Below are positions 19,015-29,055 of a DNA stretch of 64,000 bases, piece after piece (the first letter of the stretch is position 1; the number at the start of each line of letters is the position of its first letter). The position numbers were made by a program, and so were the translations under genes. Under the pieces are notes generated by a model that worked only from the letters and a program-made list of their open reading frames with translations, made no database searches and was not told where the DNA came from. Source of the stretch: Candidatus Zapsychrus exili (GTDB lineage Bacteria; Omnitrophota; Gorgyraeia; Zapsychrales; Zapsychraceae); contig JAVCCJ010000121.1 in NCBI GenBank assembly GCA_030765585.1, forward strand, positions 7,233-71,232, in the 5' to 3' direction.

Positions 19015-19102
19015 AGAAGCAGGGAATAGGTATTAGAAAAATAGGTTCTAGGGGCTAGGTGTTAGGCGATAGGTGTTAGGTTTAAACTAAAAGAAATTAA
19101 TT

Positions 19103-20773
19103 ATGAGAAAATTAAAAGAATATTTATATAAACATCCTAAGGCTCAGACAGCTATTGAATTGGCTGTTTTTGGAGCAATCTTGATATTTGTTTTAGGAGC
19201 CATAATAAAGCAAACTTTGGGCTTTAGTTATGCGCAGAACCAGGGTCTTAAGTCAATGCGTATGGCAATGACAATGTCTTTAAAGAATTCATTTTTTGGT
19301 AATGGATATCCGCAAGGAGGAGAATATGATGATACTGGTATAATTTATGGAAACAGTTCTCGTAATTCCGCATCAGTGCTTTTAGTCGAAGACAGGCTTA
19401 CTGCCGGTTCAGCCAAACATGGTACTGTTGATCGCGTTCCGCACATGTCATCGGGCGCAGGCACATTTTCAATAAATCTTTTTATGCCTCTTGATGACGA
19501 AGAAGATGTAAATATTCCGATACTCGACGTGTATGTAAATGGTAAACATTTTCCATTTCAAATGGCAAAATTTAAAACAGTTGAATTTCCTGTTCCAGAT
19601 AATCCTGATGCAGAGCCAGGAGATGATGATTATGATTATGATCGTGGTTATGGTTGGGATAAGACATGTTATCTGGCGGAAGATCCAGTATCTTCTCTTA
19701 TGTTTGATGTTGGATGTGCGCGAATATATACTTTCATTCCAAACCATCTAAGCATGAGAGGTGAAAATGGTTCAGGCATGGGTAAAGACAGGTGGTGTTC
19801 GACCAGTCCTTGTCCAGATATTAGAACAGTAGATGAAGCCTTTGATTTAGATAGAGATTTTAGGACATCGTGTTCTGGATGTCCAGAAGGCTCTGAAGTA
19901 TTGCCCGAATATAGAGAGTCTTTTGCTTGGCAATGGTATGGTGTTAAAGCGCTTAACGAAGATAAAGACTTTTTAAAAAAAGTTGAGGATGATCATTTTA
20001 TGATGGCGGCTTTTCTCGATGGAGGGACAGGTGTAAATTTAGAAACCGGATTAAACTTAATGGTTGATGTTGACGGAGATTGGCAAGAAGAATTTATTAC
20101 AAAAATATTAAAGACATCAACTAATACTGATAAAGTAAAGCATGATGCTCCTCCAGAGGACGAGAATTATGACCCAGAAAAATATCGTAGATGGTATGGA
20201 CAAATTGAAGAAGTTAGAGTTCTTGATTATCAAGAAGGAGATTTGAATTTTTCGACAGTATACAAAAATTATAATTCTGCGAATCCTAAGCCTGGTTTTA
20301 CTAGAGATGTTGCAATGTATACTTTTATAAGCGCAACAGGTGATGGTAGTAATGGAGAAGGAACATATCTTAGCATTGAAGAAGGCCAGCTTTTTGATGG
20401 TGATGAAAAACGATACATACGTAATGTTCAGAGAAAAGATCAGATTGATCTTATTTCTCGTACTATGCAATTAAGTAATAATACGGGACGCTTTTGTGGA
20501 ACCTCGCCTCTTGGGCCAATGCCTGGTGGACTTGAGCTGATTGGTTTAGCAGCAGGAGAACCTAATCCTGTTGATGTTTGTTGTATAAATGGGGCATGTA
20601 ATGGAGGCGGATCAAGTTGTTTTAGTGACGAAACCATTGCGCATACTTGTATGGATTTAAATGGTACTGCGACAGGTCCTGTTATTTATGTAAGAAGTCG
20701 CATTGCTGATTTAAGAGGTAAAAAATGGATTACTAATACTTCTGAAGATGATTATATTGAGTTTGCAAGATAA
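19103..20773 (+). CDS. Large (556 aa) TadG/pseudopilin-like protein: prepilin-type N-terminus plus a Cys-rich acidic extracellular domain
   Basis: HPKAQTAIELAVFGAILIFVLGAI N-terminus. C-terminal domain has more than 20 Cys in CxxC-like pairs and Asp-rich stretches. Confidence 0.6.
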   Translation: MRKLKEYLYKHPKAQTAIELAVFGAILIFVLGAIIKQTLGFSYAQNQGLKSMRMAMTMSLKNSFFGNGYPQGGEYDDTGIIYGNSSRNSASVLLVEDRLTAGSAKHGTVDRVPHMSSGAGTFSINLFMPLDDEEDVNIPILDVYVNGKHFPFQMAKFKTVEFPVPDNPDAEPGDDDYDYDRGYGWDKTCYLAEDPVSSLMFDVGCARIYTFIPNHLSMRGENGSGMGKDRWCSTSPCPDIRTVDEAFDLDRDFRTSCSGCPEGSEVLPEYRESFAWQWYGVKALNEDKDFLKKVEDDHFMMAAFLDGGTGVNLETGLNLMVDVDGDWQEEFITKILKTSTNTDKVKHDAPPEDENYDPEKYRRWYGQIEEVRVLDYQEGDLNFSTVYKNYNSANPKPGFTRDVAMYTFISATGDGSNGEGTYLSIEEGQLFDGDEKRYIRNVQRKDQIDLISRTMQLSNNTGRFCGTSPLGPMPGGLELIGLAAGEPNPVDVCCINGACNGGGSSCFSDETIAHTCMDLNGTATGPVIYVRSRIADLRGKKWITNTSEDDYIEFAR

Positions 20774-20783
20774 AGGTAAAAAG

Positions 20784-21056
20784 ATGAAAGATAAAAGAAA
20801 AAATAAAAGACAAAAGGCAAAATACAAGAATAGTAATTCAGCTCAGATTATTATTGAGTTTATTTTTTGTATGACTATTTTGCTTTTAATGATTTATGGA
20901 ACGCTGATGATTTTTAAATGGACGGGTTCGGATCTTGTTCACAGGCGTATCGCGCATGATGAATTATTAATAGGAGGCGGTGGCGTCCCTCTTAATCAAA
21001 TAGACCCATATTTTTATACACCTATTAAGATGAATGCTGTTTGGTCAGGGAATTAA
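20784..21056 (+). CDS. TadE-like pseudopilin (start at the internal Met 20784 with SD aaagg, not 20748)
   Basis: NSNSAQIIIEFIFCMTILLLMIYGTLMIF. Confidence 0.55.
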   Translation: MKDKRKNKRQKAKYKNSNSAQIIIEFIFCMTILLLMIYGTLMIFKWTGSDLVHRRIAHDELLIGGGGVPLNQIDPYFYTPIKMNAVWSGN

Positions 21057-21072
21057 AGAGTAAGGATAAAAA

Positions 21073-24000
21073 ATGTTTAGACGATTAAATTATATTCTGA
21101 GAAATAATTATTTTACAAGATCTTTAAAAAATATCGGTCAAGATATTGGCCAAGACAAAAGAATGCGTTCTTCAAAAGGGCAGATTGCTCTCTTACTTGT
21201 TTTGGTAATTGCAATTGCTCTTATTTTTTATGCAGTTTCTCTTAATTTAGGTAAAGTGTCTCAAACAAAAACAATGGTTACTATCGCCTCAAATGTTGCG
21301 ACTGGTTATTTGGCATCACAAATGGCAAGTTGGGGACAAGCAAAGGCAGATCAACTAGAAGGAAAGAGAAAGCATTGTGCGCTTACGGGTGTTGTTGCAG
21401 CGATAGTTGGTTTTGTTATCCTTATTATTGCAATAGTTTTGATGCCTGAATCAGCAGGCTTATCAGCAGGTTTAATAGAAGTATCAATCGGACTTGCTGT
21501 TGCTGCTATTGTTATTGAACTCGTATGGGTTAATCCTCAGATATCAAGTTTGTGGGATAGGATAATGGCAAATTCTTTGTCTCAAGAGTCTCAGTTTTCA
21601 GAAAGCTCAATACAAAAAGCATTGCAGAATGTTATTACTGATCAAGTTCAGGTGCCCGATCTCCATGATGATGATATGGACCAAGTATGGTGGGCAGATG
21701 CTCCTAATGGCTCATCGCCAGATATGATGAGCAGATATGCATATTATTATAAAACAAGGCTTAATAGGGTTGTTCCAAGAAATTGGACAGTGGTATCAGA
21801 ATTTCTTGAAGCTTTAGGTGATTTTATTTATTACAGGCCACCTGATATTGATCCAAACGATGATTGGGGGCTTATGGATTCTGAAAATGATTGTAATCCC
21901 TTATCAAATTCAGAATGTCAACCGTGTTGTGTTTCTGCGGATGCAAGAGATGCTGATCTTGATTGTAGTAGTTTAATAGCAACTTATGGAAGCGTTGAAG
22001 GCTGGTGTAGCGCACATAGTCCTTATTCGGGAGGATCTACAGAATATCCGTACATTTATAATCCGTATCCATTTTTTGAAAAGATAGATAATAGTCGTGA
22101 CTCTTTAAGAGAATTGATAGGTCGTGATGATGAGAATACAAAATATTATGCTGATTATGATGCTTTTCTTGGGACACAATTAGAGCATGGTATTCCTGAT
22201 CCTGATGCGTGGAACAATAATAATGATTTCCATATTGAAGACACTGTTGGGTTTTATAATAACGATAATAGAAAAGATGTTTTTTCTTTCTTTCATCAAA
22301 TAGCAGAAAATATAACTGATTGGAATTGGGGAGGCGGAGTTGATTTAAACGATCTTGCGCCTCGTGAGCAGTATGGCGCTGAAGAGGACCTTGTTTATTT
22401 AGAGCAATGTAATTGGTGTGATAGGAACTTTGTTACTCCTGCAGGAGATCCTCTTGGAAACTGTAGGCATCGTACGTCAGGACCAGGCGGTTTTGAATTA
22501 GGCATGAGTCAACTTGCTTTGTTAAATTCGCCTGATCATAATGCTAGTTATTGTGTAGAAGGAACAGAGGCTGCAGCAGAGGCGGGTAATCCTCTTTTAG
22601 CTGTAGATAAATTTACAGTTGCGGATGGAATTCAAGCGTCAAAGGACAGTTGTCCTGAAGCTGGACCAGGCGGTAGTACAGGTTTTTGGAAACCAGGATC
22701 GGATCAATTTTGTTCAAACAGTTTTCCTTATCCTGCAAATTGCGCTAAACATAGCTTGCCTTGTGATGTTTACGGAGTTTATACAAATTGCCCTACTTGT
22801 GAGGCTTCTCCTGATAAGACATTGTGGCGCGATGATATGATTGACGATTTTCTTTATAACTTTCAACATTTCTTTAAATGGGCGTCATTTTCGATGAATA
22901 TAGGGGTAGATATTATTAGAAATGATTTTGTTGGTTGGTATGATAGTTCAGCGGAAAAGTGGATAGATGAAACTTCTAATCCGGAGGATAATGATAACAT
23001 TCTTCTTGGCGTTAAAAATAATTTTACAGAAATGGCAAGGAGGCTTAAAAATTGGAAAAATAGCACAGAATATATTGGTAATGTTTGGTGTGTTCCTTCT
23101 AATGGCACAATACCGTTACCAACGGTTGTGCCACCTTATGTAAACCTTTTAACTCCCGAAGAAGAAGTTATTGATAATGCGGGAAATAGGGGAACCTTGG
23201 GAAATATTATTGCGTGTTTGAATTGGAACATTAGCGGCGGAAGCGGCATAGTAAATAAAATGAATAATTGTACGTCAGCTTGTCAAGTTTATACTACTAA
23301 CCCAGGAGACCCAGAAGACCCAAGTGATACTGTAACTGCTTATGCTGCAAACCAGGCATGTTATAATCTTCCGACCAGATCACTTTCAGGGATTAACTTG
23401 CAAGGACAATACCACTCAATTGGGTCAGCAGTACCAGGAGATACTTTAGACACGGCTTGTGCAGATTCTGACTTTTTGAGCAATCTTTCAGAAAGTGCTC
23501 ATCAGGGGGTTAATCAGACTGTAAAATTTCAAAAAAGGCGAGAGTTTCTTTCTTCCTTAGAAATTGGCTTGGACAATGCAATTGTTACATTTAATTATGC
23601 TGCAGAAGGATTTGCTGATTTCTTAGAAAGCGATGAAGTCGCGGCATTAAAAGAATTTAGAGCAGATTTCTTTAATGTTGATGACTTTACAGAAAACTCT
23701 CCTTATCAATTAATTTATGGATGGAAAGATGATGAATCAAAAGTAAAAGATCCGTTGTGGCATCTTGTTCGTGTTGATGCTCGTTTGCCGAAAAAGTGTG
23801 ATCAAGAAAATTCTTCCTTATGCGGCAATTGGCAATGGCCAGATATTGACGAGTATACTAAGGGGATTTTCGCAACAACACGTTGTTATGAGCTGAAGAA
23901 TCATACAGGTGGAGTTAAAATTCGCGTTACTAGATATGACGAAAGTCCAAAAACAGGTAATTTAATTTTTCCAAACGGCGTGCCAATTTGGGATTTTAAA

Positions 24001-24306
24001 TACAAGCGTTCTGGTTTAGACAACACAGAAAACATTCCAGCCCTTGAGGCTGCTTGTCTAGGAGCTAGTAATGATCTTCTTCCGCCTATTTTAGCTGAAA
24101 GTTCAATATATAAACCTGTTTATCAACAGGCCTTTATTCTAAATAAAGCTGATGAATATCCTGCTTGTTGGAACAAAGCGATGGATCATATTAAAATGGG
24201 AGTTATGACAGAAACATGTGCGCAGTATTTTTGGTTGGGACCCGACTATGGTGGTTCAATGAATTTAAAGTTTGTTCCATGCCCTGGGTCGAACGCAGTT
24301 CAGTAA
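21073..24306 (+). CDS. Giant (1,077 aa) TadG-like minor pilin / tip-adhesin candidate: prepilin-like N-terminus, second TM, then a Cys/Trp/Asn/Asp-rich extracellular domain
   Basis: ...MRSSKGQIALLLVLVIAIALIFYAV (G/QIALL). Remainder rich in C, W, N and D with many CxxC pairs. No enzymatic motif seen. Confidence 0.6.
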   Translation: MFRRLNYILRNNYFTRSLKNIGQDIGQDKRMRSSKGQIALLLVLVIAIALIFYAVSLNLGKVSQTKTMVTIASNVATGYLASQMASWGQAKADQLEGKRKHCALTGVVAAIVGFVILIIAIVLMPESAGLSAGLIEVSIGLAVAAIVIELVWVNPQISSLWDRIMANSLSQESQFSESSIQKALQNVITDQVQVPDLHDDDMDQVWWADAPNGSSPDMMSRYAYYYKTRLNRVVPRNWTVVSEFLEALGDFIYYRPPDIDPNDDWGLMDSENDCNPLSNSECQPCCVSADARDADLDCSSLIATYGSVEGWCSAHSPYSGGSTEYPYIYNPYPFFEKIDNSRDSLRELIGRDDENTKYYADYDAFLGTQLEHGIPDPDAWNNNNDFHIEDTVGFYNNDNRKDVFSFFHQIAENITDWNWGGGVDLNDLAPREQYGAEEDLVYLEQCNWCDRNFVTPAGDPLGNCRHRTSGPGGFELGMSQLALLNSPDHNASYCVEGTEAAAEAGNPLLAVDKFTVADGIQASKDSCPEAGPGGSTGFWKPGSDQFCSNSFPYPANCAKHSLPCDVYGVYTNCPTCEASPDKTLWRDDMIDDFLYNFQHFFKWASFSMNIGVDIIRNDFVGWYDSSAEKWIDETSNPEDNDNILLGVKNNFTEMARRLKNWKNSTEYIGNVWCVPSNGTIPLPTVVPPYVNLLTPEEEVIDNAGNRGTLGNIIACLNWNISGGSGIVNKMNNCTSACQVYTTNPGDPEDPSDTVTAYAANQACYNLPTRSLSGINLQGQYHSIGSAVPGDTLDTACADSDFLSNLSESAHQGVNQTVKFQKRREFLSSLEIGLDNAIVTFNYAAEGFADFLESDEVAALKEFRADFFNVDDFTENSPYQLIYGWKDDESKVKDPLWHLVRVDARLPKKCDQENSSLCGNWQWPDIDEYTKGIFATTRCYELKNHTGGVKIRVTRYDESPKTGNLIFPNGVPIWDFKYKRSGLDNTENIPALEAACLGASNDLLPPILAESSIYKPVYQQAFILNKADEYPACWNKAMDHIKMGVMTETCAQYFWLGPDYGGSMNLKFVPCPGSNAVQ

Positions 24307-24385
24307 TGCGAAAATTATTTTACGAGAAGGTTGCAGAATTAATAATGTGGCAGGGATTGCTTTTAATACACAAGGGAAATGAAAA

Positions 24386-24730
24386 ATGTTGAAATCATTA
24401 AAAAAACATAAGAAGCCAAAAGGACAATCTTTTTTAGAATATGTTCTGCTGATTGTTTTTATTATTGCTGCTTTATTGGTTTTTCAGAAATATATTTCTC
24501 GAGCAATATGGGGAAGATATAAGTCAGTAGGAGATGCGCTTGGCAGTGGTTTGATATACGATCCAGAGAAAACGTTAGAATGTGGGTATGATCATCTGTA
24601 TGGATCTGGTTGGTACAATGCTGCTTGTTACGACGAGAATGATTGTGCACAGTATTGTGCAGCTAAGAAGCAGGCACCGTGCGTTAGTTGCATAGGGGCT
24701 TGTTTCGCTGCAAAATGTAGTGAAAATTAA
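24386..24730 (+). CDS. Flp-like prepilin with a Cys-rich C-terminal knot
   Basis: KPKGQSFLEYVLLIVFIIAALLVF. C-terminus has 9 Cys (CAQYCAAKKQAPCVSCIGACFAAKC). Confidence 0.65.
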   Translation: MLKSLKKHKKPKGQSFLEYVLLIVFIIAALLVFQKYISRAIWGRYKSVGDALGSGLIYDPEKTLECGYDHLYGSGWYNAACYDENDCAQYCAAKKQAPCVSCIGACFAAKCSEN

Positions 24731-24990
24731 ATGTTTGATGTTGGAAAATTGATATGAATATGGTGATTCCGCATGAGTCATTATTTTGATAAAAATTAAA
24801 TAAAGATATTAGGTATTTTTTTTGTTGTGATAAAATAAATTAGTAGACAGTTCGTGGGAACACAAATTGTAGGCCAAAGGCCGTCTGCGAATTTATCCCA
24901 AGCGTTAGTCGAGGGATTTTAATTAAGAGATTTTGGTAGTTTTGCTTTGCAAAAAACCGGAATGATAAACTTACGGGAGAAGTTCATTTA

Positions 24991-25848
24991 ATGTTAGTTT
25001 TTGTATTATTTTTAATATTTTGTACTGCATGTATTTTTGGATATGCCATTGTACCGCATCTCTACAAACACGCCACTGTAATACAAGAGAAAAGAGAACA
25101 AAAGTATTCAATCCAGATGGAGCAGGTGCTTACTCGTGCAGAAGCAAGAAAGATGAGTCGGCTTTTTGTTTTTGCTCCACTTGTTTTATCTGCAGGTCTT
25201 TACTTTTTAGTACCTGCTGAGATAAGGATTTTTGCTGTTGCATTTGGCGTTGTTATTGGGCTTTTGATTCCTGGCATGTATGTTAAATCGATGGCTGATA
25301 GGGCAAGGCGTAAATTTCAATTTCAGCTTGTAGACGGGTTGATGATTATGTCTAGTTCTTTTAGAGGTGGTTTAAGTTTGATGCAGGCAATGGAGGCTGT
25401 TGTTGAGGAAATGCCTGATCCAATTAATAGAGAATTCGGAACAGTTTTAGGTGAAAACAAAATGGGTGTTTCTTTAGACGATGCTTTAAATCATCTTGAA
25501 AGGCGCATGCCTTCTGTCGCGCTTCGCCAGATGATCACTGCCGTTTTGCTTGCTCGTGAAACAGGTGGTAATTTGCCTGTTATTTTTACCCGTATTGCAA
25601 ATAATATTCGCGAAAACAGAAAGATTCAACAAAATATAGATACGTTGACCATTCAGGGTAAAATTCAGGGTGTAGTAATGACGCTTTTGCCTTTTGCTTT
25701 TGCTAGTATTGTTTTCTCGGCGAATAAACAGATATTTTTAAATATGTTTGAGTCTGAGTTAGGACGAATGATGTTAATTTATGCTGCTATCTCAAATATT
25801 ATTGGCGCATTTATGATTTGGAAAATTAGTAGTTTTAAGGACTTTTAA
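24991..25848 (+). CDS. tadB: Tad pilus inner-membrane platform protein TadB (T2SS-F family)
   Basis: Polytopic. GspF-like block FRGGLSLMQAMEAVVEEMPDPINREF...ALRQMITAVLLARETGGNLPVIF. Confidence 0.8.
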   Translation: MLVFVLFLIFCTACIFGYAIVPHLYKHATVIQEKREQKYSIQMEQVLTRAEARKMSRLFVFAPLVLSAGLYFLVPAEIRIFAVAFGVVIGLLIPGMYVKSMADRARRKFQFQLVDGLMIMSSSFRGGLSLMQAMEAVVEEMPDPINREFGTVLGENKMGVSLDDALNHLERRMPSVALRQMITAVLLARETGGNLPVIFTRIANNIRENRKIQQNIDTLTIQGKIQGVVMTLLPFAFASIVFSANKQIFLNMFESELGRMMLIYAAISNIIGAFMIWKISSFKDF

Positions 25849-25860
25849 TAAGAGGAAAAT

Positions 25861-26754
25861 ATGTTAGAACTAATTTTAGCCCTAGTGTTTACATTTGCTT
25901 ACCTTTCAGGGTTTTTCTTTATTTTGGCAGTTATCCCTATTCAATGGGATTATCGTCCGACTTTAAATGTTGCTGGTATTGGCGATGAGAAATCTCTTAG
26001 GCAAAAAAAGAAAAAGACACCATTTCATTTCTTAAGAAGTGTGGCTTTAATAAATAAGCCAATATGTCTTGGTGCATTAAGGGCAAGAATTGAAAAAGAT
26101 TTAGCAATAGCACACGTTAACATGACAGCAGAGGAGTTTCTTTTTATTAAGGAAGTTGGAATCTTTTTAATGCTTTTTCTTACATATCCAGTAGTTGCTT
26201 CTGATTTTGTTATGTTCTGGGGGATTATGTGTGTTGCGTTAGGATACATGATTCCTGAATTTTGGCTTAAAGGTAAAATTAAAACTTCTAAAGCCACAAT
26301 AATTAAAGAACTTCCTGATGCAATTGATTTGCTCGGACTTTGCGTTAATGCTGGACTTGATTTTATGCTTGCATTAAGATGGGTTGTTGAAAAGTCTCCG
26401 CCATCAGTTATGACCGACGAGCTAAACACAATATTGCAAGAAATTAGCGTTGGTAAGACGCGTAGGGATGCTATTAGAGATTTGTCTTACCGTTACCAAT
26501 TGCCTGATTTGTCTACTTTTGCTAGAACTTTAATCCAAGCAGATAAAATGGGAACTTCGGTTAGTGAAGCGCTGAATATGCTCTCAGAAGATATGCGTAT
26601 TGCGCGCTACAGACGAGGTGAACAGCTAGCATTAAAAGCCCCATTAAAACTTCTTGTGCCGCTTCTTTTCTTTATCTTTCCGGTTGTAGGTATTCTTGTT
26701 GCTGGACCGATATTGCTCGATTTTATCGAGAACAATCCTTTCGCTGCGCATTAA
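25861..26754 (+). CDS. tadC: Tad pilus inner-membrane platform protein TadC (T2SS-F family)
   Basis: ELPDAIDLLGLCVNAGLDFMLAL...TFARTLIQADKMGTSVSEAL is the GspF-domain signature. Confidence 0.8.
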   Translation: MLELILALVFTFAYLSGFFFILAVIPIQWDYRPTLNVAGIGDEKSLRQKKKKTPFHFLRSVALINKPICLGALRARIEKDLAIAHVNMTAEEFLFIKEVGIFLMLFLTYPVVASDFVMFWGIMCVALGYMIPEFWLKGKIKTSKATIIKELPDAIDLLGLCVNAGLDFMLALRWVVEKSPPSVMTDELNTILQEISVGKTRRDAIRDLSYRYQLPDLSTFARTLIQADKMGTSVSEALNMLSEDMRIARYRRGEQLALKAPLKLLVPLLFFIFPVVGILVAGPILLDFIENNPFAAH

Positions 26755-26859
26755 AACAAAGATAAAAATAGTAGATAGTAGTTTGTAGCTAGTACAACTG
26801 TCCCTCTGTGGACTATCCCTCTGTTCTGGATTTTTATTAATTATTGAATTTGATACATG

Positions 26860-27135
26860 ACATTTTCTGCATATCGGTAGGCAGTATTTCGTGCGGACTG
26901 AGTGAACCCAAGGCTCTAGCGCAACGTTTTAATAAGAAATAGTTAGCAAAAATATTACAGCTTTAAAAAAGTCTGTCATTCCTGCCTTCGCAGGAATGAC
27001 AGCACGGATAGGAATGACAGCAAGTGTTGCACTAGCATCTTGAATCTGCGCTGTCTTTATTTCCTTTAAGGTTAGCCCTTACGCAAATTCTTTACTTGAT
27101 ACCTGACACTTGCTGCCTATCGGTAGGTAGGTACA
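26860..27135. repeat. ~37-bp imperfect direct repeats (ttgatacaYKgacaYttKctgcMtatcggtaggYagta) flanking a 190-bp segment that contains the perfect hairpin tgtcattcctgccttcgcaggaatgaca (26974..27001)
   Basis: Copies at 26860-26897 and 27092-27130. Related ctgcctaccggtag / cggtaggtaggcac motifs recur at 29056 and 29296. Confidence 0.5.
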
Positions 27136-27140
27136 TTCTT

Positions 27141-28010
27141 TTAGAATATTTTCGCAAATCCCTCGTCGATGAGTTCTTGGTTTAAATAGTATCCTTCTGT
27201 AAATATTTTATCGCGATTAGCTTCTGTTTTTGAATAAAAGATATGTGCTACATATCGGCCGTAAATATCTTGCTTGTTTGTTTTTATCATTACAAATGTA
27301 AGGCCACCGAGCAATGCATCTTCTGTGTATTTGCGCGCAGCTTCGCCCTCCTCGGTTCCCATCTCAGGGCAATCAATTGATGCTAGACGTATTCTTTGCT
27401 CGCGAGAAGTACAGAACCCTAAGTCAATGCGCGCAAGAATAGTATCGCCGTCAATTACACGCAAAACCTCTGCCTTGTAGACAAAACTTGCTTTAGTTGG
27501 ACGTTTTAAATCTGTTTTCTTTGTGATTATTTTTTCTTCGGCAGATGTCTCTTTAAAACTTTTTTCTTCGTAATATTTGTCTTTTATCTTTTGTGCAAGT
27601 TTGCGCTTACCCCATTTTTCTTGATTAGCTTCTTTAAAATAGAAATCACGCTTAGCATCATTTTCAATAGCGAGCAATTGTTTGTAATGATTCCAGCTTA
27701 AGCCGGAATCTTGAGGCATTCCATTTGGCCACAATTGAAAGAATTTTACCATTCTAGTAAGTAAACTGTATTCTATTTTGAGATCTTCTGCTATTTGTTT
27801 TAAGATGTTTTGTTTTTTTTCTAATCCTTGTTCTTGAGCAATTCTTTGGCCAAATTCCCAATATCCTTCTGCAATAATATTAGAGATGCTCTCTTTAACT
27901 TTATCTTTTGTATTATTAAGAATTGTTTTAAGGTCAGCAATAAGTTTTTCATATCCAATAATATTTGCTTTAGTATCTTTATCTGCCACTTTATTTCTCC
28001 TAATTTGCAT
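27141..28010 (-). CDS. Nuclease: YhcG/DUF1016 N-terminal domain fused to a staphylococcal-nuclease (SNase/thermonuclease)-like domain
   Basis: N-terminus IAEGYWEFGQRIAQEQ...LKQIAEDLKIEYSLLTRMVKFFQLWP (DUF1016_N pattern). C-terminus VIDGDTILARIDLGF...IRLASIDCPE...GRYVAHIF (SNase catalytic pattern). Confidence 0.7.
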   Translation of the reverse strand: MQIRRNKVADKDTKANIIGYEKLIADLKTILNNTKDKVKESISNIIAEGYWEFGQRIAQEQGLEKKQNILKQIAEDLKIEYSLLTRMVKFFQLWPNGMPQDSGLSWNHYKQLLAIENDAKRDFYFKEANQEKWGKRKLAQKIKDKYYEEKSFKETSAEEKIITKKTDLKRPTKASFVYKAEVLRVIDGDTILARIDLGFCTSREQRIRLASIDCPEMGTEEGEAARKYTEDALLGGLTFVMIKTNKQDIYGRYVAHIFYSKTEANRDKIFTEGYYLNQELIDEGFAKIF

Positions 28011-28247
28011 TTATTAGAGTTTTTAACAAAGAATCGATTGCCCCAATTGTTCCGCGGGGCAACTGGGGCAACTATTATTGTACTAAAAATGTGATAGCGC
28101 TGCAAGTAGAAATTTTAAAAAATGTTAGGGAAATAGGTGAGGGGCAGGTGAGGGTCAGACCCTTGTATTTTTGTCCCTTAGGTTTTCAGTGTTTTTAAGA
28201 GACAAGGTAGCGGCTACCTTTGGCGTGTTGGATGTTTTGTGCTAATG

Positions 28248-28730
28248 CTGGATATTAGAAAAACAAAGAGATGTTGTCATTGCGGGTCCTTTAGGGTGAA
28301 GCAATCTTAATGATATTTTATGGGATTCTACGGGGTCAGACCCCTTTTCTGTCCCCGCACTTGTTCCCCTGTTTCTTGTTTGCTCCTTGTAACGACATGT
28401 GTATTTGTCGTAAGATCGCAATGCGTAAGGTAAGGGTGAGAGCAAAGACTAAGGGGTAATGAGTATGTGTGAGGTTAATTTTGTTGGCTATGTAGCTGTT
28501 GCGTAGTTTTCTTAGGATAAAACCTTTTTGTTGACAGTGCTTTAGGTCTTTGCTTGAATAGTTTTTTTGCATTGATGTTTTATCAAAGCTTGATTTAGAG
28601 TCAATGGAAAAAGAAAGAGGTACTAGACCCTAGATTTTGGATACTTGATACTAGATGCTTGATGCTAGAAAAACAAAAAGATGTTGTCATTGCGAGCCCT
28701 TTAGGGTGAAGTAATTTCAATAAGATTAGA
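28248..28730. repeat. Two ~73-bp direct repeats, ~85% identical (agaaaaacaaaRagatgttgtcattgcgRGYcctttagggtgaagYaat...), 410 bp apart
   Basis: Copies at 28248-28320 and 28658-28730. Region GC is higher than the surrounding genes and has no long ORF. Confidence 0.55.
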
Positions 28731-29055
28731 TTATTTGTCATTAGGTTAGTAGGCCGCATCAAGTGTTGGATGACAAAAGAGGGTGGATAGGCTAGGGTTT
28801 ATCCCTATGTTTCTAAATGCTGCCATTATTAATGTCCAATCTGATTATGCTTTGTAACAAGAAGGTAGGACCATCCTGAGCAAAGCTAAGGATGACTTTT
28901 TTGTCATTTTTGCCTAGGGTCTGACCCTCGTACTTATAAATCAGATTGCTGGGCCGCTCGCCTCTGCGAAGCTTTACGGTTTCGCTACAGCGAAGCAGGG
29001 CAAATTCACATACATGACCTATTGAAATACTTGATGTAATCATAGAAGCATCAAG

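Noticed and set aside
22619-22840. +strand 73-aa ORF in an alternative frame inside the 1,077-aa pseudopilin gene; also 25020..25220 inside tadB
   Set aside because: Overlapping-frame artefacts.
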